From Octopus sinensis (Eukaryota), in assembly GCF_006345805.1 (NCBI RefSeq), contig NC_043004.1:85436001-85500000 (forward strand): a stretch of DNA of 64,000 bases. The letters are read 5' to 3'. A model generated the notes under the pieces. That model had not been told where the DNA came from. It made no database searches and saw only the letters and a list, made by a program, of their open reading frames with translations. Shown one piece after another: positions 26,350-39,199 of this stretch. The position numbers were made by a program, and so were the translations under genes. Every line of letters begins with the position of its first letter. The stretch's first letter is position 1.

Positions 26350-26785
26350 TGTTACTAAATTTACTCGAGCATGGCTACCAACAAATTGCGCGCCAATCTT
26401 GTCTGTTTCCTCTTTTCCCCAGACCGTGTATCTAAATAGAATTCTTCAACGAATCCGTTCCTTTTTTTATGAGGGCAGGAAATGAGTTGGTAAGATATTT
26501 AACTGTTGTTTTTAACATGTCGTGCGGCCTCGAATAATTTTGAGCCTTATTTTGCATTTGCTGGTATTAAATTTACTCAAGCATGGCTACCATCAAATTG
26601 CGTGTCGACCGTGTCTGTCTCCTATTTGCCCCAGAACGTAAATCTAAATAGAATGCTTCAACGAATCCCTCACTTTTTTATGAGCGCAGGAAGTCAGTTT
26701 GTGAGTATTTAACTGCTGTTTTTAACATATCGTGCGTCCACGAATAAGTTCGGCCCTTATGTTGCATTTGCTGGTATTAAATCTT
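26350..26785 (+). repeat. Two-copy diverged tandem duplication, period ~212 bp
   Basis: aaatttactc.agcatggctacc and ttgcatttgctggtattaaat each occur twice. Confidence 0.85.
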
Positions 26786-27369
26786 TTGCTAAAGACATAG
26801 GGCATTTAATGCTGGCCGAAAATAAATCAATTCTTTTATTCATTGTATCCTTCTATTTGAAGTAATCACTATTATTACTACCAATATTAGTCCGAATGCT
26901 AATCGATTTTTCGAGTTTTCACTTCTTGCTTAGTATAGTGCTATTATTTCTCGATGAATCACAGATAGAAGATTTTTTGTTTGTGCAAATGTTATTGGTA
27001 AAGATGGCGTTGCTATTATTGCTTTCCTGCTGTTTTCGCTTTTAAGTAGATCAGCGTCACACCAGCAAATCAATAGTCAAAATCGCTCTAAACCTGACAA
27101 TCCAATATTCTTTTTTCCTCGCAATATCAAAACCCTGGTTACGTTATTCACTTTGCGCCTGTTGAAAATATGGTGTTTTTTTATGTAAGATGTTTATAGT
27201 ATGGATTACGTTTAGTGTATGGATTTTGACTATTATTTTTAGCAGGCTCTTTTATAATCTACTGACTCTTTCGTCGTATCGATTATACTGGGCGCTAGGC
27301 ATTAATGTACAACTACCTGAAGTGTTTCTAGAAATTTTCCTTTTTCAAATGAATATGACTTACCAGGTG

Positions 27370-27520
27370 AAGGCGCGTGACCTAGTGGTTATGGTGTTCA
27401 CTCGCCATCGTAAGATAGTGCTTTCGATTCATGGGCCAAGAGGTGCATTGTGTTTACGAGCAAAACACTTTTTCCCTTTTGCTCCCACACACATAGCGGC
27501 AAGTGAGTGCTATTAATTGC
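27370..27520 (+). mobile_element. tRNA-derived SINE family C, head region
   Basis: ggcgcgtgacctagtggtt..tttcgattc..gagcaaaacactt; related to 59340-59595. Confidence 0.6.
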
Positions 27521-27689
27521 TTGGAAGATAATTCTACGGTGGTCTGGCGTTCAGTTTAGGGGAGGGTCAGTTCTAGAATCTTTATCAGTTGTACAGCACA
27601 GGTATTGGACAACACTCCGTCCTTATGAGTCCTCAATGTCATAAAGTCGTTTATATTGACCTATTTTATTGAATTATACAATCCTAAAT

Positions 27690-29310
27690 CACCGCTTAAA
27701 TTTTAAAAAAAATGGAAATGATGTCTTTCTTACATATCCAGGAATTGTAAACGCAGCATGCGAAAATTTCAAGTTAGAGTTGTTCCTAGATATGTTTAAA
27801 TGTTTAATGTTTGTCAAAGTACTAACGGCAAGTGAAGGTGCAGAAATACGAGTGAGAATATCAAAAAATTGACACAAGACAACTGATCTCGCAAAAAGTG
27901 ATAGAAGATTGCTAACGTTTAATTAACCTAATATAGGATTATGAAAAACCTGAAAATAATATAAATGTATAAGCATGTCGACTTATCACAAGCAAACAAG
28001 ACCCAAACAAGGCGTGTCTACTTATGACAAAACAAACAAGGCCCAAAACGTGTTATGGTTTTGGCGAGTTTCACTTCAAAAGGGACTGCCCCTTTAGGAA
28101 TAATGTTTTGTTTGTGGAAGAACGGGTAATAACGAGTTGCAGTGTTGGGTGAAAAAAGGAAAAGGGCAACAAAATGTTTCAGCAGGTTCGATTCCTGACC
28201 GAAGTGACCCCAGATGTAACATTTCATGGGAAGATGTTCAGATCGAAGGCCTGTATATCAGAAAATACAACGAATCTGTTTGGTACAGATTGGATGGAGA
28301 CAGTTCATTTGTGGGATTTGCCAATAAGTACTTTCTTTAATAATGTGAATGCGTCGCATGCCAGTTCGAAGAAGGCATGTGGGAAGTTAAAAATGAAATT
28401 TAAAAAAATACATCGGGAGAACTTGGTACGTGTACGAAAAAAAAGTGAAATTCCGACTAAAAGAAAATTGCCGTTCCGGTGTTCAAACTAACGAGAGCTG
28501 TGCCTTTTGCGGCACTGAATCAATTAGTAAAAGAATTGAAAAGACTTGAGAATATTGCTGTAATTCGATAATTAGACTATTCGGAATGGACAGCAGCAAC
28601 TGTGTACATTAAAAAGAAAAATATCAAAATAAGTGTCAGCGCCTATCTTTCGACGATATTTAATGAATGTTTGAAAACTTATAACTAACCGTTACCAAGT
28701 CCAGAGGAGGCTTTTGCAAACCTTAATAGAAGCAAACTCTTTTCTAAATTGGATTTATCAGAATCTTATTTACACCTGCAGGTAGACGAAGAACCTTCTA
28801 GTCTGTTAACGATAAACACGCACTAAGCGTTCTACAAGTTTACCCGACTTCGTTTCGGAAGAAAAGTAGCACCTACGATTTTTCAACACATTATGGATAC
28901 AATGTTAGTGGACTGTGAATTCGCAATTCCATACCTGGATGATATATTAATTACAAGTGAATCTTCTGATTGAAAAAATAAGAGCTTACAGTTTCACACT
29001 GAGGAAAGTGCGAATTTTTCTTACTTATTTAGGATAAATTATTGACAGGAATAGACGACGACTGGACCCGTCGAAGGCACTCGCAATTAAAGATATCTCT
29101 CCTCCAACTAATATTTTGATCCGAAACTAAAAATAATTGTAGCCTCAGATGCTAGAGAGTCTGCGATCGAAACAGTAATCTTACATAGTTGGAAAATAGT
29201 AATGTAAAACCGATCACACATGTGTCACATGAATTACTATCGGCGGAATAAAAATTACAGCCAGATTAAGAGGCACTAGCCATTATCTTTGCAGTCATAT
29301 ATTGTAAGAG
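27690..29310 (+). mobile_element. Ty3/Gypsy LTR-retrotransposon internal relic (gag-protease-RT-RNase H), heavily decayed
   Basis: gag-like CENFKLE..FKCLMFV..AEIRVRI; NLFGTDWM; RT PLPSPEE..FSKLDLSESYL..LLTINTH..YLDDILI; RNase H IIVASDA..EALAIIFAV. Confidence 0.85.
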
Positions 29311-29380
29311 GTCGTAGGAATTATTGAATAGAGATATCGTTGAGTGCTTGTTGAAGATGCACAGTTGGAAAGTAAGACGG

Positions 29381-29730
29381 CTCTCCGTCGGTTCCGACGA
29401 CGCAGGTTCCAGTTGATCTGATCAATGGAACAGCCTGCTCATGAAATTAACGTGCAACTGGCAGAAACGTATACCCTTAACGTAGTGCTCGGGAGGATTC
29501 AGCTTGACGCAGAGTCAGACAAAGCTTACCCTTTGAGATACAGAAACGGAAACAGGAAGAAAGAGCGAGAGAAAGTTGTGGTGAAAAAGCACACCAGGGT
29601 TCAGCACCACCCTCTGCCGGAGCCTTGTGCACCTTTAGGTGTCTTCGCTCACAACACCCGGTCTGGGAATCAAAACAGCGATCGTACGACAGTGAGTCCG
29701 CTGCCCTAACCACAGGGCCATTGTGTCTCC
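29381..29730 (-). mobile_element. tRNA-derived SINE family B
   Basis: Collinear with 43705-44071; head cccggtctgggaatc..gctgccctaaccac.gggccattg. Confidence 0.85.
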
Positions 29731-31809
29731 ATAGTTGAAGAGTAATAGGAGAACATCAGGAACGTTTGATGTCCTAAGAGTTCAGATATATCAGTGAAGA
29801 TGAGAAGTCGTACGTCATATCACGATTCAAGGGGGTTGCAATCCCTATTTGGGAAGGAATGCTGTATTAAAATATTCGGCAAGTCTAGATTCATTGCAAG
29901 GATTTTGAGAGATACAGTGAACGCTTCAGCTTGTTTGGTAAGGCGGGAGCATTTGTTTCACATTCATTGTGTATCTGTGTAAATATTGTTGTTAAAGGAA
30001 GATAAAGGCAATGTTTAAGCCGATAGCTTTAGTAATAACATTAACTTACTAATTACACTAATCGTATTTTAGTGATTGCAATTGATGCTGCTGTTTGCTG
30101 CAAGCAATTTGAAACTAACCTCTGGTTGTTATCTATGATAAACGTCAACATTTTATGGACATTCTGCTAGATTATAGCTAGACTATAGGCAATACGATTT
30201 ACGCATGAGGGCACAAGAAGAGATTGCAAAAAAGACGTATTGATATTGGTGTCTGCATACGACGGATGTGATTTGTAATTTCACTTGCTATAAAATTAGA
30301 AACTGCCTCATCCTTTGGACATTTTATGTCAAATATCATAGATGGTATTTTTTCTGCATGGTTCAAACTATCAGATCGATATGATTATTGTATAGTAGAA
30401 ATACAAACAAAACATCACTCCTTCAAACGGGAAATAGTCAAGATAAACACTGTAAACTATGAAGAGACAGTTGGAATTGTATTTTTGGAAATAAAAAGAA
30501 AAAGCAGTTATATATGAATGTATATATACATATATAAGTACCTGTATTTATGCGTAAATAATATATATATATATGTGTATGTATTTATATATATAAATAT
30601 ATAATATATACACATATATACGCACACAGGAGGAGACGCATATACACAGACATTTGTGTGTGCCTATGTATATACATGTATATATGTGTTTATGTATATA
30701 TATGTATATTATTCCTGAAACGTAATCCAATGCAAACCTCATATGCATGAGATGTGATATAAGAAACATTGCATATTAAAAAACCATCTCATGAATGTTA
30801 ACAAAGCATCGATATTTACACAGAGGCCAAGGTAATGTTACTAAATATTTACAATTGCTCCATTATCCTATCGGATTATATTTTACTGCCACAAATAGAA
30901 TATATAAATCTTTCGTTAAAACTATCACATAAAACAACAATACAAAATATTTAAACGCAGTAAGATTGAAAACATTGTCCGACACTTTTAATAACCTGAT
31001 AGAGAAATCTATTAACTATAAATGATATTTTCTAATTCGTATGCAATGGAAAAGAACGTATAAAATATGATATGTTAGTAATAAATGGTTAGATAATCTT
31101 TATAAATGGACAAAACATAAAGATGGCGGCCATATTTGTTAAATAGCTGTTTGTATTGAAACCTTACGACCTAGCTATTTCTGGTAAGCTCATAATCCCG
31201 TCTTCCGCAAATGTATCTGATCTGTAATAATATACGAAGTCTCAAACATTAATTTTGCCTTTCTTCTATTTCTGCTGCTTCAACTTCTTGAAGTTCTACG
31301 GCTTCCACTCATCTCCTTCTCCTTCTTCTATATTATTATTATTGCTATTATTATTATTTCCCTTTTAATCTGCCTGTTTGATACAATCACTTGCCAAGAT
31401 ACACTCAGCTTTTTAGGGCGAGTCAACGAAAAGAGATGCTACAGTATGGAAACTTGGATAGGGGAAATGGCAGTAGCGAAATATCTTCGTGTAATACAAC
31501 ACAGACATTAAAATTCCTCTCACCACATAGCTATAATGCTCCTCCACTACTTCTGCTCGTGATTAAAGTTGCACATATCGTTACCTACAAAGGAACATGC
31601 TAAACTGTTTAAGGTCAAATAACTTACAAGTGAATCTGTAGTATCGACTAGAATATTTTGATGTACACCATCTTTTATACCAAGATAAACATGCACTTCC
31701 GAGCAGTTACGACCAGAAACCATTTGAGCCAGTGCCTGTTACTGTATCAAGGCATTGCTAGTGCCTGGTGCTGCATCAGGGTATTGGTACCGTATCAGGA
31801 CTTATTGTT

Positions 31810-32140
31810 ATTATGATTATTTACTCTTAATCTGCGTATTTGTTACAGTCACTTACCGATACACACCCAGTGTCCTAAGGCGTGTGAAGGATAAGAGAAT
31901 TTACAGTATGCAGTCCCTATTTCTTCCTTGTATTTAAGATTTTTACTCACTGTTTCCAAGGCTACGCCAATTATTTGAACTACTGCCACCTTTTTCATCG
32001 ACCACAATTGCTTAACTTCCCACGCTAACCTATGATCCAGCATCGTTTGATTTCTTTCTCCATTAACACTGTCTGTTTCATGTTCTCTATCTCGTTTCAC
32101 GCCAATAGAGATATTGAAACTTTGGTGTAGTGATTATTGC
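31810..32140 (-). mobile_element. 3' fragment of an RLE-type (R4/Dong-like) LINE, decayed
   Basis: LAWEVKQLWSMKKVAVVQIIGVALETVSKNL resembles the RLE C-terminus; ends in AAT-like repeats near 31805. Confidence 0.55.
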
Positions 32141-32149
32141 AAAGAACTC

Positions 32150-33000
32150 GATCGGTCATGTTGCCATGAAAATACCTTACCAGTACAGTAAACTTGTGTA
32201 GGCTACCCAGCTTAGGATAGTACAAAAAGCTTCACTATAGACTGCGTCTAAAGCTCTGGTCAGGTTTTATGGCTACGGAGCACAAATCTATCCGTTTTTA
32301 AATACACTTTTCCTTGACTTGACACACAACAAACTTCATATCTACAATACTAGAGCGGAAGCCAGTCTGGGCTTCAGACAAGTTGCTCTCAGAGATGCTG
32401 GGGAGGGGTACCTGTTAAAGATGATGCGGGCCAGGATTTTCAAAACAATGTAAAGTAAAGAAATCGCCCTATCATTTCGGCAGTCTGATTTGACGCCTTT
32501 GTTCTTGTTCTTAGCATACACTTCTCCAACTAATCGGGTTCGTGGATGTTATGGAATGCATTAAAAGCCGTGTTTTCAACCCCTTCTACAATTCTAGACA
32601 GGAATTCTATCTGATTCCACAGATTTGCCACATTTCTTTTATTTTCTGGCCGTCTAGGCCTCTTCTGCACTAAACGGCAGGACAAAGTCTTTGAGTAGAA
32701 TCTTCTGGAATATTTGCTGCAATGCTACCTGGTCGAAAGTGGATAGACGGTTTAGGAGTTGATTTAATTGCTTCTCTCATCTTGGTCTAATTCCTTCTCT
32801 GATGATTATTCAACGATCAGCAGGCACCGCAGGACTATTCAGCTTCTGGAATGGATATAAATGGCCTGCATAGCACTGTACAGAAACTTGGAGTTTTGGG
32901 CGTCAACGTGCAGCTGCGCTTCTTCAGCTTTTTGCACCCACTGTCTCGCTTGCATGCTGCGAAGATCCCTCCGGGCTCTGATTCACGGTCCCTGTACATG
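32150..33000 (-). mobile_element. RTE-clade LINE ORF2 fragment
   Basis: Minus-strand pieces QWVQKAEEAQLHVDAQNSKFLY, NQLLNR.STFD, YAKNKNKGVKSDCRNDRAISLLYIVLKILARII, KLGSLHKF with many disruptions. Confidence 0.7.
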
Positions 33001-33019
33001 CATATATATACACACGGTG

Positions 33020-33074
<55 letters not shown>

Positions 33075-33104
33075 TATATATACATATATATAAATACACA
33101 CATA

Positions 33105-33320
33105 TCTTTATTGTCAACAGGGGGCTAAACACAGAGGGGACAAACAAAAGAATTAAGTCGATTACATCGAACCCAGAGCGTAACTATTACTTATTTAATC
33201 GACTCCCAAAGGATGGAAGCCAAAGTCGACCTCGGCAGAATTTGAACTCAGAACGTAACTGCAGACGAAATACCGGTGAGCATTTCGTCCGGTGGGCTAA
33301 CGATTCTGACAGCTCTCCTT
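33105..33320 (-). mobile_element. CORE-like SINE monomer carrying the GT-rich 'X' tail ending aataaaga
   Basis: Head, core and ggggctaaacacagaggggacaaac tail, as in the 6797-7365 array units. Confidence 0.85.
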
Positions 33321-33340
33321 ATATATATATATATATATAT

Positions 33341-33796
33341 ATACTAAGCAATAAGGGTTTAGCAACGAGTTGCCTTACCACATACCGAATTTAGAAATAG
33401 CAGTCAAAGGGTTATAGCTATTTCTTCTACAAAAAAGGGAGATCTCAGTAAAAACAGCATTTGGAAGGCAGACACAAACAGGTAAGAGAGAATGAATTGA
33501 CTGCAATCTATCATACATTTTTTTAGTTATCACGGACGTACGTTTCGAAATCAAGTTTTAAGGAAAGCTTTCCTTAAAACTTGATTTCGAAACGTACGTC
33601 CGTGGATAACTAAAAAAAATGTATGATAGATTGCAGTCAATTCATTCTCTCTTACCTGTTTGTGTCTGCCTTCCAAATGCTGTTTTTACTGAGATCTCCC
33701 TTTTTTGTAGAAGAAATAGCTATAACCCTTTGACTGCTATTTCTAAATTCGGTATGTGGTAAGGCAACTCGTTGCTAAACCCTTATTGCTTAGTAT
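33341..33796. repeat. Spacer-less inverted repeat (palindrome), arms 227 and 229 bp, centre 33567/33568
   Basis: By eye the arms are exact reverse complements except for two single-base indels (T-run 7 vs 8; cac vs ccac). Confidence 0.97.
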
Positions 33797-34468
33797 TACT
33801 TAAATTTTCCTCGAATGAGGCTTTTACATGCCGAAGACTACTTGGTGTAATTGATAATTTTCCAAATTAATTAATTTCACCCTTCATTATTACGGATATA
33901 TATATATATATATATAATATATATATATTATATATATATATAATATATATAATATATATATATATATATGTGTATGTATGTATTTGTGTGTGTCTGTGAG
34001 AGAGAGAATGAGAGATAGCGAGAGACAGAGAGAGATAGAGAGAGAGCCATAGAAATAGTTATGTAGGTCACCTGGTCGATAGATATATAGATAGATAGAT
34101 AAATATGTGTGGAGTAAGTAATGTGTAGTACATAATTTCTCGTTGGTGTAGAGCTTCATCAATAGATTTTTTTTTCTTTCAAATATTAAAAGTAGAAATA
34201 CTGGAAGGCCACCTTACTTAAAATGGTAAACTGAACACAAATCAACAGAGGAGACAATACATGGATTTATATCTAACAACCTTAATCCCATAATTTCTAC
34301 ATAAGGGAGTAATTAAATAGAATTTATCTAATTAATTAATCCCTGGCTTCTTTATTAACATTGGATATACAACATATAAGTGAAGTAACCACTTTACAAA
34401 ACTTTTAGAATTAACCTCCCTATATTTTGTGTGCATGACACGAAGTTTTCCTGTATTTAAATAAACTG

Positions 34469-34511
<43 letters not shown>

Positions 34512-34730
34512 ATATATAATATATATATATATATAATATATATATATAACTCTAAATGTAAGATTTAAAAATACTGGTTATGTAGTTACTGGTCAATTAT
34601 AAAACATCTTACAATATTTAGTACGAGCGTGTTCTATCTGCAATAGTTCTTTGTGGTAGTCCACACAAATGAATGTAGTAATATGTCTCATTTAGAACAT
34701 ATACATACGTACATACATACTTACATATAT

Positions 34731-34781
<51 letters not shown>

Positions 34782-36420
34782 GTATGTACACGTACACACA
34801 TATATATATATATTGGTATCTCTATGAAATTGTTGCAAAGAACCGTTCTAAAACAAGTCCTTTCATGAAAAATTCATGTTATTCCATGGCATCAATGGAA
34901 ATGAAATTATTAATATAATTGAACAGATGCAAGAAGCAATATAATTTAATACATCATAAAGCTTATGTTACATCAGAGTAGCAGATTAGTGCAGCCGAAA
35001 CAACTTCCATATTAACAATATTATCCTTACTCATATATCTCCTTTATCTATACGAAAATGCATGAATAATATACTATCGTTCACATTTATGCCCAGACAC
35101 AATATTCCTGAATAGGTTTATAATTATAGAGACACATTATTTGTATAAACAGAATACGCTATGTATTCTGCTCATAATTTTGGAAATATAATTACTCGGC
35201 TTTAGATTACATGAAAGTATATTATGCAATGTACTTATAAATAAATGTACTAATATTAAAGCCAAAATAAAAGAAAAAAAACAATGATGTGCTTTGAGAT
35301 ATGCGTTCTTTAAAAACCGTTTTTTTTTCCTTTATACTTTTGTCTAAATGTTACACTCCGATACCAACTAACTCTATTAGAATTTTTTAGAATGTTTTAT
35401 TTGATCCTGTCATCTGAGAGTAGCTGTCATATTATGCTCCATATCTCTAGTTACAGCACTTTTGAGACATTTACCAACTATACGTAATATATAATTTCAG
35501 AATATTACAAGATTTCATCTTCTTCCATAACTGATAGCACAGCATATGAAATATTTACTAACATTAATAATAACAACAATAAATACATATTGCTTTCGAT
35601 ATAGATTTTTGTCACTGATATAAATTTATACGTTTAGAAAGTGTTCCAGAAAAAAAGTATGCCTGTCTTGTAAATCGTTAGAAGTTCAAGTTTATTTCGA
35701 GAAGCTATATAGTACGTGGTTCCCATTTACAGAAGAAAAAGAAAATATATACGACGTTTTGCTACAACCATATTGCCGCCGCCTAATTGGCGCTCTATAA
35801 TTGGCGCCGCCTAATTGACACTGCCTAGCTGGTACTGCTGAATAAAGCAGACTTATTTGACTTCAGCCAATACAATGTTTCTCTCGTTTTAGTGTTTCTT
35901 TCGTGCGCTGTCTCATTTCTCTGATCTCTCTCACTTCTCTTTCTTTATCTCTGTGAGCATTTAATTATGTTTATTAGTTGGCATCCTTTCTGGCTCGGGA
36001 GACAATGGAGTTGCGCATGAAGTAGTCTAGTCCGGCTTTTATATTTCATGTCCTGATACATTTCCTGCTGTGGCTGTGTAGTCCTATCCTGGACAAACAC
36101 TCCCTCTGGCAGGTACCGCAAATGTAGCGAAGACTGTTCCTGACTGGTTGTAGTGCCATAGTCTCTCGTTTACGCCTCTTCCTTTCTTTCCATTTCTCAT
36201 CTCTCTCTCTCTCTGTCACTCCTTTGTATTCCCTCTTTTATGGTACGTCGCCATTCTCCACGGTTGCCGGCAGCTGCCTCCCATATTATGTTTATATGTA
36301 TGTGTAAATCAGTCGCTTTCTCTCTGTCTCTCGTTTTCTGTCTCACTCTCACTCCCCCTCACGTTCTCCCCCCTCTCTCTGTCATATTTCTGGATGCGTG
36401 TGTATTTCCTCCACTGCCAG

Positions 36421-36498
36421 ATTATAATGTCGTTAAAGCTATGCCACGTTGTCAGCATCCAAACAGCTGCGCCGAATCGTTTCATTTTGAATATGAAA
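36421..36498 (+). CDS. Candidate 78-nt internal exon of an unknown gene
   Basis: Polypyrimidine tract plus CCAG acceptor; AAA|GTATGA donor; length divisible by 3; two frames open (DYNVVKAMPRCQHPNSCAESFHFEYE or IIMSLKLCHVVSIQTAAPNRFILNMK). Confidence 0.2.
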
Positions 36499-37182
36499 GT
36501 ATGAATGGATATTGTGAACTTCATATTATCATAGTTTATGAGCTCTAGGTTATGCCTTACTTAAAAGACCGATGCTGCTTAAAATGCCCGCCAGCCGTGA
36601 CAATTCTGCAAATTCGGTTGTTTCTTGCTATTTCTAATAGATTGGATCTAAGATAGCATTATCTAATGTGCCCACTATGTAACTGCTAAGGTTATACCTG
36701 AGACATTTGGCTGTTCTTTCTAGCACATCATACAGATGTGTAAGTCTATGTTACAGCCTTAGCAAATCGGTTGCCTGTCGGGAATCGAAACTACAACATC
36801 TGATTTTCTTAGTCGGAATGTGGTTCTGTTTTCTAATGATACCGTTTAATTATTCGACAGTTCTAGACAGTTCGTAAGTTAGCATAATTATTGACAATAA
36901 GAACTTTCATATCGAGACAGATACAATTATTCCACAACATAACACATTAATATGGAGTAATGTTAAATAAAATAAGTTAATTTACGTATTTAACAGCGGG
37001 ATAGGTATTATCCATCTGATGTTGACAGCAAGTGCATATTCCTTACGACAATTGAACGTTTTCAGAGAAACAAATAAAATTGCTTTGTTGTACATATCAT
37101 AGTGTCAATATTATCAAATTCTCTAACATTGCTAAGCACATACATTCGTCTTTGTTCTACATATACATGAGTCACCGATGTA

Positions 37183-38170
37183 CTAGCTGGTGTACCCGGT
37201 AATTCCCGGGGGTTAAGATGTTCTATTTAATCGCCTTATTACTATAATAAAAAAGCAATTCCGTTATAACTGTCACAATAGGTGTATTTTCCATCGCGAA
37301 AATGTCCCAAAAACTCTCAGCTTGAGGAGGGAGGCATTGTCGTTGGTTGGTGAGAGAGGTCTCCGGAAGTCGCGAGAGAGGTTGTCGGAGCTTGGCGAGA
37401 GAGACTGTCGGAGGCTGGCGAGAGAGACTTCGGAGGCTGGCGAGAGAGACTTCGGAGGCTGGCGAGAGAGGTTTTCGGAGGTTGGCGAGAGAGACTGTCG
37501 TAGGTTGGCGAGAGAGATTGTCGGAGGTTGGCGAGAGAGACGTCAGAGGCTTGCGAGAGAGACTGTCGGAGGTTGGCGAGAGAGACGTCAGAGGCTGGCG
37601 AGAGACACTGTCGGGGGTTGGCGGGAGACACTGTCGAAGGTTGGCGAGAGAGACTGTCGGAGGCTGGCAAGAGAGGTTTTCGGAGGTTAGTGAAAGATGT
37701 TATCGAACGTTGGCGAGAGAGACTGTCGGAGGTTGGCGAGAGAGGTTTTCGGAGGTTGGCGAGAGAGACTGTCGGAGGTTGGCGAGAGATGTTGTCGAAG
37801 TTTGGCGGCAAAGGTTGTCAGAGGAAGAGGCATCTTTGTTCCAAAATTTCACTCTCGGAGGGCTTCGTGATACACAATGTTTTTGGTTTTGCCGTTGGAT
37901 GCATAGATGAATAAAGTTATAATATAACTGTAAAAATGCAGAATTATCGGAGTTACGAGCACTCAAAGTATGATCAAATTTAATTGAAAACCCTGCATGC
38001 ATTGCCAGCATTTAGTCATTTGGAGATGTTGAAAATTGTCTATTAATGCAATGTCTAAATTAATTACAGCAATATGTATATAACTGTTTAGATATTGAAG
38101 TAGAATAGACGAGAGTAATTGTTTGATCTAGTAAATATTAAATATGAGGAATCGGGGACTTACTTGAGAT
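37183..38170 (-). mobile_element. Non-autonomous Helitron-like element; 3' terminus at 37183, 5' end uncertain
   Basis: Minus strand reads cccgg-gaatta-ccggg hairpin, 8 nt, then CTAG|T, the canonical Helitron 3' end. Confidence 0.55.
37345..37815 (+). repeat. GC-rich 23-bp minisatellite (~20 units, consensus ggttggcgagagagactgtcgga)
   Basis: Directly visible; source of several spurious long ORFs. Confidence 0.95.
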
Positions 38171-39199
38171 CGCCGTTATCGCATTAGTACAGCTTATGAA
38201 GAAAAATACCCACTCGTACTCTTACTCGTCGTGGCAATTTAAAGGTTAACTTTACCAAGGGTAATTTATTAAAGCTAATATATAATTGTAGTATATATAA
38301 GCTCAAAAAAGTATATATGTATATAAATGTATGAATGAAGTCTTTATGTTTCAAATGAAGAAAGTGCAATAATAAGGTTAGCGCAAAAATATATATGTAT
38401 ATAAATGTATGACTGAAGTCTTTAAGGTTCAAGACTAAAATCAAGAAAGTTAAATGAGATTAAACAGTCCAAAACTGTGAGTAGTGAAATGCAAAATTAG
38501 GTCCGCTGATCAAAAGAATCAAATATTGATGGCTTCGCTAAAAACTGATAATTGTAAGTGCACGTGTTATGGGTTATTTCCATTGGATGTTTACATAAAA
38601 TATATTATTTGTAGAAGATATAAGGATCCCTTCCATGGGCCCTATTAGCGATTTTTTTTTCAATAATCTAAGTATGTCAGGAGGTTTCTAGACATGAGTT
38701 ACTCACGTGTCCAGTTACATCAAAGCTCCACAAACAAGCACACCCACAGACAGAATTTCCCACATGCAGTAAAGTGAACCACACTAGCGCTTGTAGCACT
38801 CGAATGTCAGAATGCCTCACCGATATACATATGCAGAGAAAATACACGAGGACCATTTGTGAAGTCTTGACTCCAATCGACATAGTACCATAGATTAGCT
38901 TTGGCTTGTAGTTATTTATATTATGCGTTTGAAATAGCTTTTTCACTAACGCATGACATAGATAACGCAGAAGGAATGCAGTAATCGGTAGATAGAACGA
39001 TGAATGACAGATATCATTGTATACATGTTGTTAACTTGTAAACGGAAAAGATATCTAGATGTTCCTATTACGATAGTTAATTACTATTTTGTGGTTATGT
39101 GTCACCGAAGGTAAATTAAATTTGGTACAAATCGACGAGTTACGCAGATAAATTTATTTGTTGGTACTTGTAACATTATAAGACACTGAACCGACTGAA

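Noticed and set aside
33800-33850. Hammerhead-like cgaatga-ggc..gcc-gaag motif right of the palindrome
   Set aside because: Needs at least three core changes and has no cleavage triplet or stem I partner.
37317-37914. Arg/Ser-rich ORFs of 122-187 aa on both strands
   Set aside because: They arise from the stop-poor 23-bp minisatellite, whose unit length is not a multiple of 3.
38677-38946. Possible Tc1 relic (GNSVCGCACLW)
   Set aside because: Only a weak single-motif resemblance; no TIRs found.
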